DNA of 64,000 nt from the human T2T-CHM13v2.0 reference genome, Homo sapiens. The translations under genes and the position numbers were made by a program. Shown here piece after piece: positions 12,886 to 27,800 of the stretch. The notes beneath the pieces are model-generated. The model saw only the letters and a list, made by a program, of their open reading frames with translations. It ran no database searches and was not told where the DNA came from. The DNA lies in NCBI RefSeq assembly GCF_009914755.1, contig NC_060942.1; one strand, given 5' to 3'. Within the stretch, counting starts at the first letter, position 1. The number at the start of each line of letters is the position of its first letter.

Positions 12886-15800
12886 AAATCAAACACACTG
12901 CATGACCGGGTGTGTGATCAGCCCCCTCCTTACTACTTAAATCAAACACACTGCATGACCGGGTGTGTGATCAGCCCCCTCCTTACTACTTAAATCAAAC
13001 ACACTGCATGACCGGGTGTGTGATCAGCCCCCTCCTTACTACTTAAATCAAACACACTGCATGACCGGGTGTGGGATCAGTCCCCTCCTTACTACTTAAA
13101 TCAAACACACTGCATGACCGGGTGTGGGATCAGTCCCCTCCTTACTACTTAAATCAAACACACTGCATGACCGGGTGTGGGATCAGCCCCCTCCTTACTA
13201 CTTAAATCAAACACACTGCATGACCGGGTGTGTGATCAGCCCCCTCCTTACTACTTAAATCAAACACACCACATGACCGGGTGTGTGATCAGCCCCCTCC
13301 TTACTACTTAAATCAAACACACTGCATGACCGGGTGTGGGATCAGCCCCCTCCTTACTACTTAAATCAAACACACTCCATGACCGGGTGTGGGATCAGCC
13401 CCCTCCTTACTACTTAAATCAAACACACTGCATGACCGGGTGTGTGATCAGCCCCCTCCTTACTACTTAAATCAAACACACTCCATGACCGGGTGTGTGA
13501 TCAGCCCCCTCCTTACTACTTAAATCAAACACACTCCATGACCGGGTGTGGGATCAGTCCCCTCCTTACTACTTAAATCAAACACACTGCATGACCGGGT
13601 GTGTGATCAGCCCCCTCCTTACTACTTAAATCAAAGACACCTCATGACCGGGTGTGTGATCAGCCCCCTCCTTACTACTTAAATCAAACACACTGCATGA
13701 CCGGGTGTGGGATCAGTCCCCTCCTTACTACTTAAATCAAACACACTCCATGACCGGGTGTGGGATCAGCCCCCTCCTTACTACTTAAATCAAAGACACC
13801 TCATGACCGGGTGTGTGATCAGCCCCCTCCTTACTACTTAAATCAAACACACTGCATGACCGGGTGTGGGATCAGTTCCCCCCTTACTACTTAAATCAAA
13901 CACACCTCATGACCGGGTGTGGGATCAGCCCCCTCCTTACTACTTAAATCAAAGACACCTCATGACCGGGTGTGTGATCAGCCCCCTCCTTACTACTTAA
14001 ATCAAACACACTGCATGACCGGGTGTGGGATCAGTCCCCTCCTTACTACTTAAATCAAACACACTGCATGACCGGGTGTGTGATCAGTCCCCTCCTTACT
14101 ACTTAAATCAAACACACTGCATGACCGGGTGTGTGATCAGCCCCCTCCTTACTACTTAAATCAAACACACTGCATGACCGGGTGTGTGATCAGTCCCCTC
14201 CTTACTACTTAAATCAAACACACTGCATGACCGGGTGTGTGATCAGCCCCCTCCTTACTACTTAAATCAAACACACTGCATGACCGGGTGTGTGATCAGC
14301 CCCCTCCTTACTACTTAAATCAAACACACTGCATGACCGGGTGTGGGATCAGCCCCCTCCTTACTACTTAAATCAAAGACACCTCATGACCGGGTGTGTG
14401 ATCAGCCCCCTCCTTACTACTTAAATCAAACACACTGCATGACCGGGTGTGGGATCAGTTCCCCCCTTACTACTTAAATCAAACACACTGCATGACCGGG
14501 TGTGGGATCAGTCCCCTCCTTACTACTTAAATCAAACACACTGCATGACCGGGTGTGTGATCAGCCCCCTCCTTACTACTTAAATCAAACACACCACATG
14601 ACCGGGTGTGTGATCAGCCCCCTCCTTACTACTTAAATCAAACACACTGCATGACCGGGTGTGGGATCAGCCCCCTCCTTACTACTTAAATCAAACACAC
14701 TCCATGACCGGGTGTGGGATCAGCCCCCTCCTTACTACTTAAATCAAACACACTGCATGACCGGGTGTGTGATCAGCCCCCTCCTTACTACTTAAATCAA
14801 ACACACTCCATGACCGGGTGTGTGATCAGCCCCCTCCTTACTACTTAAATCAAACACACTCCATGACCGGGTGTGGGATCAGTCCCCTCCTTACTACTTA
14901 AATCAAACACACTGCATGACCGGGTGTGTGATCAGCCCCCTCCTTACTACTTAAATCAAAGACACCTCATGACCGGGTGTGTGATCAGCCCCCTCCTTAC
15001 TACTTAAATCAAACACACTGCATGACCGGGTGTGGGATCAGTTCCCCCCTTACTACTTAAATCAAACACACTGCATGACCGGGTGTGTGATCAGCCCCCT
15101 CCTTGCTACTTAAATCAAACACACTCCATGACCGGGTGTGTGATCAGTCCCCTCCTTACTACTTAAATCAAACACACTGCATGACCGGGTGTGTGATCAG
15201 CCCCCTCCTTACTACTTAAATCAAACACACTCCATGACCGGGTGTGGGATCAGTCCCCTCCTTACTACTTAAATCAAACACACTGCATGACCGGGTGTGT
15301 GATCAGCCCCCTCCTTACTACTTAAATCAAAGACACCTCATGACCGGGTGTGTGATCAGCCCCCTCCTTACTACTTAAATCAAACACACTGCATGACCGG
15401 GTGTGGGATCAGTTCCCCCCTTACTACTTAAATCAAACACACTGCATGACCGGGTGTGGGATCAGTTCCCCCCTTACTACTTAAATCAAACACACTGCAT
15501 GACCGGGTGTGTGATCAGCCCCCTCCTTACTACTTAAATCAAAGACACCTCATGACCGGGTGTGTGATCAGCCCCCTCCTTACTACTTAAATCAAACACA
15601 CTGCATGACCGGGTGTGTGATCAGTCCCCTCCTTACTACTTAAATCAAACACACTCCATGACCGGGTGTGTGATCAGCCCCCTCCTTACTACTTAAATCA
15701 AACACACTGCATGACCGGGTGTGTGATCAGCCCCCTCCTTACTACTTAAATCAAACACACTCCATGACCGGGTGTGTGATCAGTCCCCTCCTTACTACTT

Positions 15801-18800
15801 AAATCAAACACACTCCATGACCGGGTGTGTGATCAGTCCCCTCCTTACTACTTAAATCAAACACACTCCATGACCGGGTGTGTGATCAGTCCCCACCCTT
15901 ACTACTTAAATCAAACACACTGCATGACTGGGTGTGGGATCAGTCCCCTCCTTACTACTTAAATCAAACACACTGCATGACCGGGTGTGTGATCAGCCCC
16001 CTCCTTACTACTTAAATCAAACACACTCCATGACCGGGTGTGTGATCAGTCCCCTCCTTACTACTTAAATCAAACACACTGCATGACCGGGTGTGTGATC
16101 AGTTCCCTCCTTACTACTTAAATCAAACACACTGCGTGACCGGGTGTGTGATCAGTCCCCTCCTTACTACTTAAATCAAACACACTCCATGACCGGGTGT
16201 GTGATCAGCCCCCTCCTTACTACTTAAATCAAACACACTGCGTGACCGGGTGTGTGATCAGCCCCCTCCTTACTACTTAAATCAAACACACTGCGTGACC
16301 GGGTGTGTGATCAGCCCCCTCCTTACTACTTAAATCAAACACACTCCGTGACCGGGTGTGTGATCAGTCCCCTCCTTACTACTTAAATCAAACACACTGC
16401 ATGACCGGGTGTGTGATCAGTCCCCTCCTTACTACTTAAATCAAACACACTGCATGACCGGGTGTGTGATCAGCCCCCTCCTTACTACTTAAATCAAACA
16501 CACTGCATGACCAGGTGTGTGATCAGTCCCCTCCTTACTACTTAAATCAAACACACTGCATGACCGGGTGTGGGATCAGCCCCCTCCTTACTACTTAAAT
16601 CAAACACACTCCATGACCGGGTGTGGGATCAGCCCCCTCCTTACTACTTAAATCAAACACACTCCATGACCGGGTGTGTGATCAGCCCCCTCCTTACTAC
16701 TTAAATCAAAGACACTGCATGACCGGGTGTGTGATCAGTCCCCTCCTTACTACTTAAATCAAACACACTGCATGACCAGGTGTGTGATCAGCCCCCTCCT
16801 TACTACTTAAATCAAACACACTCCATGACCGGGTGTGTGATCAGTCCCCTCCTTACTACTTAAATCAAACACACTCCATGACCGGGTGTGTGATCAGTCC
16901 CCACCCTTACTACTTAAATCAAACACACTGCATGACTGGGTGTGGGATCAGTCCCCTCCTTACTACTTAAATCAAACACACTGCATGACCGGGTGTGTGA
17001 TCAGTCCCCTCCTTACTACTTAAATCAAACACACTGCATGACCAGGTGTGTGATCAGTCCCCACCCTTACTACTTAAATCAAACACACTGCATGACCGGG
17101 TGTGTGATCAGCCCCCTCCTTACTACTTAAATCAAACACACTGCATGACCGGGTGTGGGATCAGCCCCCTCCTTACTACTTAAATCAAACACACTCCATG
17201 ACCGGGTGTGGGATCAGCCCCCTCCTTACTACTTAAATCAAACACACTCCATGACCGGGTGTGTGATCAGCCCCCTCCTTACTACTTAAATCAAAGACAC
17301 TGCATGACCAGGTGTGTGATCAGCCCCCTCCTTACTACTTAAATCAAACACACTGCATGACCGGGTGTGTGATCAGCCCCCTCCTTACTACTTAAATCAA
17401 ACACACTGCATGACCGGGTGTGGGATCAGTTCCCCCCTTACTACTTAAATCAAACACACTCCATGACCGGGTGTGTGATCAGTCCCCTCCTTACTACTTA
17501 AATCAAACACACTCCATGACCGGGTGTGTGATCAGTCCCCACCCTTACTACTTAAATCAAACACACTGCATGACTGGGTGTGGGATCAGTCCCCTCCTTA
17601 CTACTTAAATCAAACACACTGCGTGACCGGGTGTGTGATCAGTCCCCTCCTTACTACTTAAATCAAAGACACCTCATGACCGGGTGTGTGATCAGTCCCC
17701 TCCTTACTACTTAAATCAAACACACTCCATGACCGGGTGTGGGATCAGTCCCCTCCTTACTACTTAAATCAAACACACTGCATGACCGGGTGTGTGATCA
17801 GTCCCCTCCTTACTACTTAAATCAAACACACTGCGTGACCGGGTGTGTGATCAGTCCCCTCCTTACTACTTAAATCAAACACACTCCATGACCGGGTGTG
17901 TGATCAGCCCCCTCCTTACTACTTAAATCAAACACACTGCGTGACCGGGTGTGTGATCAGTCCCCTCCTTACTACTTAAATCAAACACACTGCATGACCG
18001 GGTGTGTGATCAGTCCCCTCCTTACTACTTAAATCAAACACACTGCATGACTGGGTGTGGGATCAGCCCCCTCCTTACTACTTAAATCAAACACACTGCG
18101 TGACCGGGTGTGTGATCAGTCCCCTCCTTACTACTTAAATCAAACACACTGCATGACCGGGTGTGTGATCAGTCCCCTCCTTACTACTTAAATCAAACAC
18201 ACTGCATGACTGGGTGTGGGATCAGTCCCCTCCTTACTACTTAAATCAAACACACTGCATGACCGGGTGTGTGATCAGTCCCCTCCTTACTACTTAAATC
18301 AAAGACACCTCATGACCGGGTGTGTGATCAGTCCCCTCCTTACTACTTAAATCAAACACACTCCATGACCGGGTGTGTGATCAGTCCCCTCCTTACTACT
18401 TAAATCAAACACACTGCGTGACCGGGTGTGTGATCCGTTCCCTCCTTACTACTTAAATCAAACACACTGCGTGACCGGGTGTGTGATCAGTCCCCTCCTT
18501 ACTACTTAAATCAAACACACTCCATGACCGGGTGTGTGATCAGCCCCCTCCTTACTACTTAAATCAAACACACTGCGTGACCGGGTGTGTGATCAGTCCC
18601 CTCCTTACTACTTAAATCAAACACACTGCATGACCGGGTGTGTGATCAGTCCCCTCCTTACTACTTAAATCAAACACACTCCATGACCGGGTGTGTGATC
18701 AGCCCCCTCCTTACTACTTAAATCAAAGACACTGCATGACCGGGTGTGGGATCAGTCCCTCCCTTACTACTTAAATCAAACACACTGCATGACCGGGTGT

Positions 18801-21800
18801 GGGATCAGTTCCCCCCTTACTACTTAAATCAAACACACTGCATGACCGGGTGTGGGATCAGTCCTCCCCCTTACTACTTAAATCAAACACACTGCATGAC
18901 CGGGTGTGTGATCAGTCCCCTCCTTACTACTTAAATCAAACACACTCCATGACCGGGTGTGTGATCAGCCCCCTCCTTACTACTTAAATCAAACACACTG
19001 CATGACCGGGTGTGTGATCAGTCCCCTCCTTACTACTTAAATCAAACACACTCCATGACCGGGTGTGTGATCAGCCCCCTCCTTACTACTTAAATCAAAC
19101 ACACTGCATGACCGGGTGTGTGATCAGTCCCCTCCTTACTACTTAAATCAAACACACTCCATGACCGGGTGTGTGATCAGCCCCCTCCTTACTACTTAAA
19201 TCAAACACACTGCATGACCGGGTGTGTGATCAGTCCCCTCCTTACTACTTAAATCAAACACACTCCATGACCGGGTGTGTGATCAGCCCCCTCCTTACTA
19301 CTTAAATCAAACACACTGCATGACCGGGTGTGTGATCAGTCCCCTCCTTACTACTTAAATCAAACACACTGCATGACCGGGTGTGTGATCAGCCCCCTCC
19401 TTAGTACTTAAATCAAACACACTGCATGACCAGGTGTGTGATCAGTCCCCTCCTTACTACTTAAATCAAAGACACCTCATGACCAGGTGTGTGATCAGTC
19501 CCCTCCTTACTACTTAAATCAAACACACTGCATGACCAGGTGTGTGATCAGTCCCCACCCTTACTACTTAAATCAAACACACTGCATGACCGGGTGTGTG
19601 ATCAGTTCCCCTCCTTACTACTTAAATCAAAGACACCTCATGACCAGGTGTGTGATCAGTCCCCTCCTTACTACTTAAATCAAAGACACCTCATGACCAG
19701 GTGTGTGATCAGTCCCCTCCTTACTACTTAAATCAAACACACTGCATGACCGGGTGTGTGATCAGTTCCCCTCCTTACTACTTAAATCAAACACACTCCA
19801 TGACCGGGTGTGTGATCAGTCCCCTCCTTACTACTTAAATCAAACACACCGCATGACCGGGTGTGGGATCAGTTCCCACCCTTACTACTTAAATCAAACA
19901 CACCGCAGGACCGGGTGTGTGATCAGCCCCCTCCTTACTACTTAAATCAAACACACTGCGTGACCGGGTGTGTGATCAGTCCCCTCCTTACTACTTAAAT
20001 CAAACACACTGCATGACCGGGTGTGTGATCAGCCCCCTCCTTACTACTTAAATCAAACACACTGCATGACCGGGTGTGGGATCAGTCCCCTCCTTACTAC
20101 TTAAATCAAACACACTGCATGACCGGGTGTGGGATCAGCCCCCTCCTTACTACTTAAATCAAACACACTGCATGACCGGGTGTGTGATCAGTCCCCTCCT
20201 TACTACTTAAATCAAACACACTGCATGACCGGGTGTGTGATCAGCCCCCTCCTTACTACTTAAATCAAACACACTGCATGACCGGGTGTGTGATCAGTCC
20301 CCTCCTTACTACTTAAATCAAACACACTGCATGACCGGGTGTGGGATCAGCCCCCTCCTTACTACTTAAATCAAACACACTGCATGACCGGGTGTGTGAT
20401 CAGTCCCCTCCTTACTACTTAAATCAAACACACTGCATGACCGGGTGTGTGATCAGTCCCCTCCTTACTACTTAAATCAAACACACTGCATGACCGGGTG
20501 TGTGATCAGTCCCCTCCTTACTACTTAAATCAAACACACTGCATGACCGGGTGTGTGATCAGCCCCCTCCTTACTACTTAAATCAAACACACTGCATGAC
20601 CGGGTGTGTGATCAGCCCCCTCCTTACTACTTAAATCAAACACACTCCATGACCGGGTGTGTGATCAGCCCCCTCCTTACTACTTAAATCAAACACACTG
20701 CATGACCGGGTGTGTGATCAGTCCCCTCCTTACTACTTAAATCAAACACACTCCATGACCGGGTGTGGGATCAGCCCCCTCCTTACTACTTAAATCAAAC
20801 ACACTGCATGACCGGGTGTGTGATCAGTCCCCTCCTTACTACTTAAATCAAACACACTCCATGACCGGGTGTGTGATCAGCCCCCTCCTTACTACTTAAA
20901 TCAAACACACTGCATGACCGGGTGTGTGATCAGTTCCCCTCCTTACTACTTAAATCAAACACACTGCATGACCGGGTGTGGGATCAGCCCCCTCCTTACT
21001 ACTTAAATCAAAGACACTCCATGACCGGGTGTGTGATCAGCCCCCTCCTTACTACTTAAATCAAACACACTGCATGACCGGGTGTGTGATCAGTCCCCTC
21101 CTTACTACTTAAATCAAACACACTCCATGACCGGGTGTGGGATCAGCCCCCTCCTTACTACTTAAATCAAACACACTGCATGACCGGGTGTGTGATCAGT
21201 CCCCTCCTTACTACTTAAATCAAAGACACTCCATGACCGGGTGTGTGATCAGCCCCCTCCTTACTACTTAAATCAAACACACTGCATGACCGGGTGTGTG
21301 ATCAGTCCCCTCCTTACTACTTAAATCAAACACACTCCATGACCGGGTGTGGGATCAGCCCCCTCCTTACTACTTAAATCAAACACACTGCATGACCGGG
21401 TGTGTGATCAGTCCCCTCCTTACTACTTAAATCAAACACACTCCATGACCGGGTGTGGGATCAGCCCCCTCCTTACTACTTAAATCAAACACACTGCATG
21501 ACCGGGTGTGTGATCAGTCCCCTCCTTACTACTTAAATCAAACACACTCCATGACCGGGTGTGTGATCAGCCCCCTCCTTACTACTTAAATCAAACACAC
21601 TGCATGACCGGGTGTGTGATCAGTTCCCCTCCTTACTACTTAAATCAAACACACTGCATGACCGGGTGTGGGATCAGCCCCCTCCTTACTACTTAAATCA
21701 AAGACACTCCATGACCGGGTGTGTGATCAGCCCCCTCCTTACTACTTAAATCAAACACACTGCATGACCGGGTGTGTGATCAGTCCCCTCCTTACTACTT

Positions 21801-24800
21801 AAATCAAACACACTCCATGACCGGGTGTGGGATCAGCCCCCTCCTTACTACTTAAATCAAACACACTGCATGACCGGGTGTGTGATCAGTCCCCTCCTTA
21901 CTACTTAAATCAAAGACACTCCATGACCGGGTGTGTGATCAGCCCCCTCCTTACTACTTAAATCAAACACACTGCATGACCGGGTGTGTGATCAGTCCCC
22001 TCCTTACTACTTAAATCAAACACACTCCATGACCGGGTGTGTGATCAGCCCCCTCCTTACTACTTAAATCAAACACACTGCATGACCGGGTGTGTGATCA
22101 GTCCCCTCCTTACTACTTAAATCAAACACACTCCATGACCGGGTGTGGGATCAGCCCCCTCCTTACTACTTAAATCAAACACACTGCATGACCGGGTGTG
22201 TGATCAGTCCCCTCCTTACTACTTAAATCAAAGACACTCCATGACCGGGTGTGTGATCAGCCCCCTCCTTACTACTTAAATCAAACACACTGCATGACCG
22301 GGTGTGTGATCAGTCCCCTCCTTACTACTTAAATCAAACACACTCCATGACCGGGTGTGGGATCAGCCCCCTCCTTACTACTTAAATCAAACACACTGCA
22401 TGACCGGGTGTGTGATCAGTCCCCTCCTTACTACTTAAATCAAACACACTCCATGACCGGGTGTGGGATCAGCCCCCTCCTTACTACTTAAATCAAACAC
22501 ACTGCATGACCGGGTGTGTGATCAGTCCCCTCCTTACTACTTAAATCAAACACACTCCATGACCGGGTGTGTGATCAGCCCCCTCCTTACTACTTAAATC
22601 AAACACACTGCATGACCGGGTGTGTGATCAGTTCCCCTCCTTACTACTTAAATCAAACACACTGCATGACCGGGTGTGTGATCAGTCCCCTCCTTACTAC
22701 TTAAATCAAACACACTGCATGACCAGGTGTGTGATCAGTCCCCTCCTTACTACTTAAATCAAACACACTGCGTGACCGGGTGTGGGATCAGCCCCCTCCT
22801 TACTACTTAAATCAAACACACTGCGTGACCGGGTGTGTGATCAGTCCCCTCCTTACTACTTAAATCAAACACACTCCATGACCGGGTGTGTGATCAGCCC
22901 CCTCCTTACTACTTAAATCAAACACACTCCATGACCGGGTGTGTGATCAGTCCCCTCCTTACTACTTAAATCAAACACACTGCATGACCGGGTGTGTGAT
23001 CAGTCCCCTCCTTACTACTTAAATCAAACACACTGCATGACCGGGTGTGTGATCAGTCCCCCTCCTTACTACTTAAATCAAACACACTGCATGACCGGGT
23101 GTGTGATCAGTCCCCTCCTTACTACTTAAATCAAACACACTGCGTGACCGGGTGTGGGATCAGCCCCCTCCTTACTACTTAAATCAAACACACCGCATGA
23201 CCAGGTGTGTGATCAGTCCCCTCCTTACTACTTAAATCAAAGACACTGCATGACCAGGTGTGTGATCAGTCCCCTCCTTACAACTTAAATCAAAGACACC
23301 TCATGACCGGGTGTGTGATCAGCCCCCTCCTTACTACTTAAATCAAAGACACCTCATGACCGGGTGTGTGATCAGCCCCCTCCTTACTACTTAAATCAAA
23401 CACACTCCATGACCGGGTGTGTGATCAGTCCCCTCCTTACTACTTAAATCAAACACACTGCATGACCGGGTGTGTGATCAGCCCCCTCCTTACTACTTAA
23501 ATCAAACACACTGCATGACTGGGTGTGGGATCAGTCCCCCCCTTACTACTTAAATCAAACACACTGCATGACCGAGTGTGGGATCAGCCCCCTCCTTACT
23601 ACTTAAATCAAACACACTGCATGACCGGGTGTGTGATCAGCCCCCTCCTTACTACTTAAATCAAACACACTGCATGACCGGGTGTGTGATCAGCCCCCTC
23701 CTTACTACTTAAATCAAACACACTGCATGACCGGGTGTGTGATCAGTCCCCTCCTTACTACTTAAATCAAACACACTGCATGACCGGGTGTGTGATCAGT
23801 CCCCTCCTTACTACTTAAATCAAACACACCGCATGACCGGGTGTGGGATCAGTTCCCCCCTTACTACTTAAATCAAAGACACCTCATGACCAGGTGTGTG
23901 ATCAGTCCCCTCCTTACTACTTAAATCAAACACACTGCATGACCAGGTGTGTGATCAGTCCCCACCCTTACTACTTAAATCAAACACACTGCATGACCGG
24001 GTGTGTGATCAGTCCCCACCCTTACTACTTAAATCAAACACACTGCATGACCGGGTGTGTGATCAGTCCCCACCCTTACTACTTAAATCAAACACACTCC
24101 ATGACCGGGTGTGGGATCAGCCCCCTCCTTACTACTTAAATCAAACACACTGCATGACTGGGTGTGGGATCAGTCCCCTCCTTACTACTTAAATCAAACA
24201 CACTGCATGACCAGGTGTGTGATCAGCCCCCTCCTTACTACTTAAATCAAACACACTGCATGACCAGGTGTGTGATCAGCCCCCTCCTTACTACTTAAAT
24301 CAAAGACACCTCATGACCGGGTGTGTGATCAGCCCCCTCCTTACTACTTAAATCAAACACACTGCATGACCGGGTGTGTGATCAGCCCCCTCCTTACTAC
24401 TTAAATCAAACACACTGCATGACCGGGTGTGTGATCAGCCCCCTCCTTACTACTTAAATCAAACACACTGCATGACCAGGTGTGTGATCAGTCCCCTCCT
24501 TACTACTTAAATCAAAGACACCTCATGACCGGGTGTGTGATCAGCCCCCTCCTTACTACTTAAATCAAACACACTGCATGACCGGGTGTGTGATCAGCCC
24601 CCTCCTTACTACTTAAATCAAACACACTGCATGACCGGGTGTGTGATCAGCCCCCTCCTTACTACTTAAATCAAACACACTGCATGACCAGGTGTGTGAT
24701 CAGTCCCCTCCTTACTACTTAAATCAAACACACCGCATGACCGGGTGTGGGATCAGTTCCCCCCTTACTACTTAAATCAAAGACACTGCATGACCAGGTG

Positions 24801-27800
24801 TGTGATCAGTCCCCTCCTTACTACTTAAATCAAACACACTGCATGACCAGGTGTGTGATCAGTCCCCACCCTTACTACTTAAATCAAACACACTGCATGA
24901 CCGGGTGTGTGATCAGTCCCCACCCTTACTACTTAAATCAAACACACTGCATGACCGGGTGTGGGATCAGTCCCCTCCTTACTACTTAAATCAAAGACAC
25001 CTCATGACCGGGTGTGTGATCAGTCCCCTCCTTACTACTTAAATCAAACACACTCCATGACCGGGTGTGTGATCAGTCCCCTCCTTACTACTTAAATCAA
25101 ACACACTGCATGACCGGGTGTGTGATCAGCCCCCTCCTTAGTACTTAAATCAAACACACTGCATGACCAGGTGTGTGATCAGTCCCCTCCTTACTACTTA
25201 AATCAAAGACACCTCATGACCAGGTGTGTGATCAGCCCCCTCCTTACTACTTAAATCAAACACACCGCATGACCGGGTGTGTGATCAGTCCCCTCCTTAC
25301 TACTTAAATCAAACACACTGCATGACCGGGTGTGTGATCAGTCCCCACCCTTACTACTTAAATCAAACACACTCCATGACCGGGTGTGGGATCAGCCCCC
25401 TCCTTACTACTTAAATCAAACACACTGCATGACTGGGTGTGGGATCAGTCCCCTCCTTACTACTTAAATCAAACACACTGCATGACCAGGTGTGTGATCA
25501 GCCCCCTCCTTACTACTTAAATCAAACACACTGCATGACCAGGTGTGTGATCAGTCCCCTCCTTACTACTTAAATCAAAGACACCTCATGACCGGGTGTG
25601 TGATCAGCCCCCTCCTTACTACTTAAATCAAACACACTGCATGACCGGGTGTGTGATCAGCCCCCTCCTTACTACTTAAATCAAACACACTGCATGACCG
25701 GGTGTGTGATCAGCCCCCTCCTTACTACTTAAATCAAACACACTGCATGACCAGGTGTGTGATCAGTCCCCTCCTTACTACTTAAATCAAACACACCGCA
25801 TGACCGGGTGTGGGATCAGTTCCCCCCTTACTACTTAAATCAAAGACACTGCATGACCAGGTGTGTGATCAGTCCCCTCCTTACTACTTAAATCAAACAC
25901 ACTGCATGACCAGGTGTGTGATCAGTCCCCACCCTTACTACTTAAATCAAACACACTGCATGACCGGGTGTGTGATCAGTCCCCACCCTTACTACTTAAA
26001 TCAAACACACTGCATGACCGGGTGTGGGATCAGTCCCCTCCTTACTACTTAAATCAAAGACACCTCATGACCGGGTGTGTGATCAGTCCCCTCCTTACTA
26101 CTTAAATCAAACACACTCCATGACCGGGTGTGTGATCAGTCCCCTCCTTACTACTTAAATCAAACACACTGCATGACCGGGTGTGTGATCAGCCCCCTCC
26201 TTAGTACTTAAATCAAACACACTGCATGACCAGGTGTGTGATCAGTCCCCTCCTTACTACTTAAATCAAAGACACCTCATGACCAGGTGTGTGATCAGCC
26301 CCCTCCTTACTACTTAAATCAAACACACCGCATGACCGGGTGTGTGATCAGTCCCCTCCTTACTACTTAAATCAAACACACTGCATGACCAGGTGTGTGA
26401 TCAGTCCCCACCCTTACTACTTAAATCAAACACACTGCATGACCGGGTGTGTGATCAGTCCCCTCCTTAGTACTTAAATCAAACACACTGCATGACCAGG
26501 TGTGTGATCAGTCCCCTCCTTACTACTTAAATCAAAGACACCTCATGACCAGGTGTGTGATCAGCCCCCTCCTTACTACTTAAATCAAACACACTGCATG
26601 ACCGGGTGTGTGATCAGTCCCCTCCTTACTACTTAAATCAAACACACTGCATGACCAGGTGTGTGATCAGTCCCCACCCTTACTACTTAAATCAAACACA
26701 CTGCATGACCGGGTGTGTGATCAGTCCCCACCCTTACTACTTAAATCAAACACACTCCATGACCGGGTGTGTGATCAGTCCCCACCCTTACTACTTAAAT
26801 CAAACACACTGCATGACCGGGTGTGTGATCAGTCCTCCCCCTTACTACTTAAATCAAACACACTGCATGACCGGGTGTGTGATCAGTTCCCTCCTTACTA
26901 CTTAAATCAAACACACTGCATGACCGGGTGTGTGATCAGTCCCCTCCTTACTACTTAAATCAAAGACACCTCATGACCGGGTGTGTGATCAGCCCCCTCC
27001 TTACTACTTAAATCAAAGACACCTCATGACCGGGTGTGTGATCAGTCCCCTCCTTACTACTTAAATCAAACACACTGCATGACCGGGTGTGTGATCAGCC
27101 CCCTCCTTACTACTTAAATCAAACACACTGCATGACCAGGTGTGTGATCAGTCCCCTCCTTACTACTTAAATCAAACACACCGCATGACCGGGTGTGGGA
27201 TCAGTTCCCCCCTTACTACTTAAATCAAACACACTGCATGACTGGGTGTGGGATCAGTCCCCTCCTTACTACTTAAATCAAACACACTGCATGACCAGGT
27301 GTGTGATCAGTCCCCTCCTTACTACTTAAATCAAACACACTGCATGACCGGGTGTGTGATCAGCCCCCTCCTTACTACTTAAATCAAACACACTGCATGA
27401 CTGGGTGTGGGATCAGTCCTCCCCCTTACTACTTAAATCAAACACACTGCATGACCAGGTGTGTGATCAGTTCCCTCCTTACTACTTAAATCAAACACAC
27501 TGCATGACCGGGTGTGTGATCAGTCCCCACCCTTACTACTTAAATCAAACACACTGCATGACCGGGTGTGGGATCAGTTCCCCCCTTACTACTTAAATCA
27601 AAGACACCTCATGACCGGGTGTGTGATCAGTCCCCACCCTTACTACTTAAATCAAACACACTGCGTGACCAGGTGTGGGATCAGTCCCTCCCTTACTACT
27701 TAAATCAAACACACTGCGTGACCAGGTGTGGGATCAGTCCCACACTTACTACTTAAATCAAACACACCTCATGACCGGGTGTGTGATCAGTCCCCTCCTT

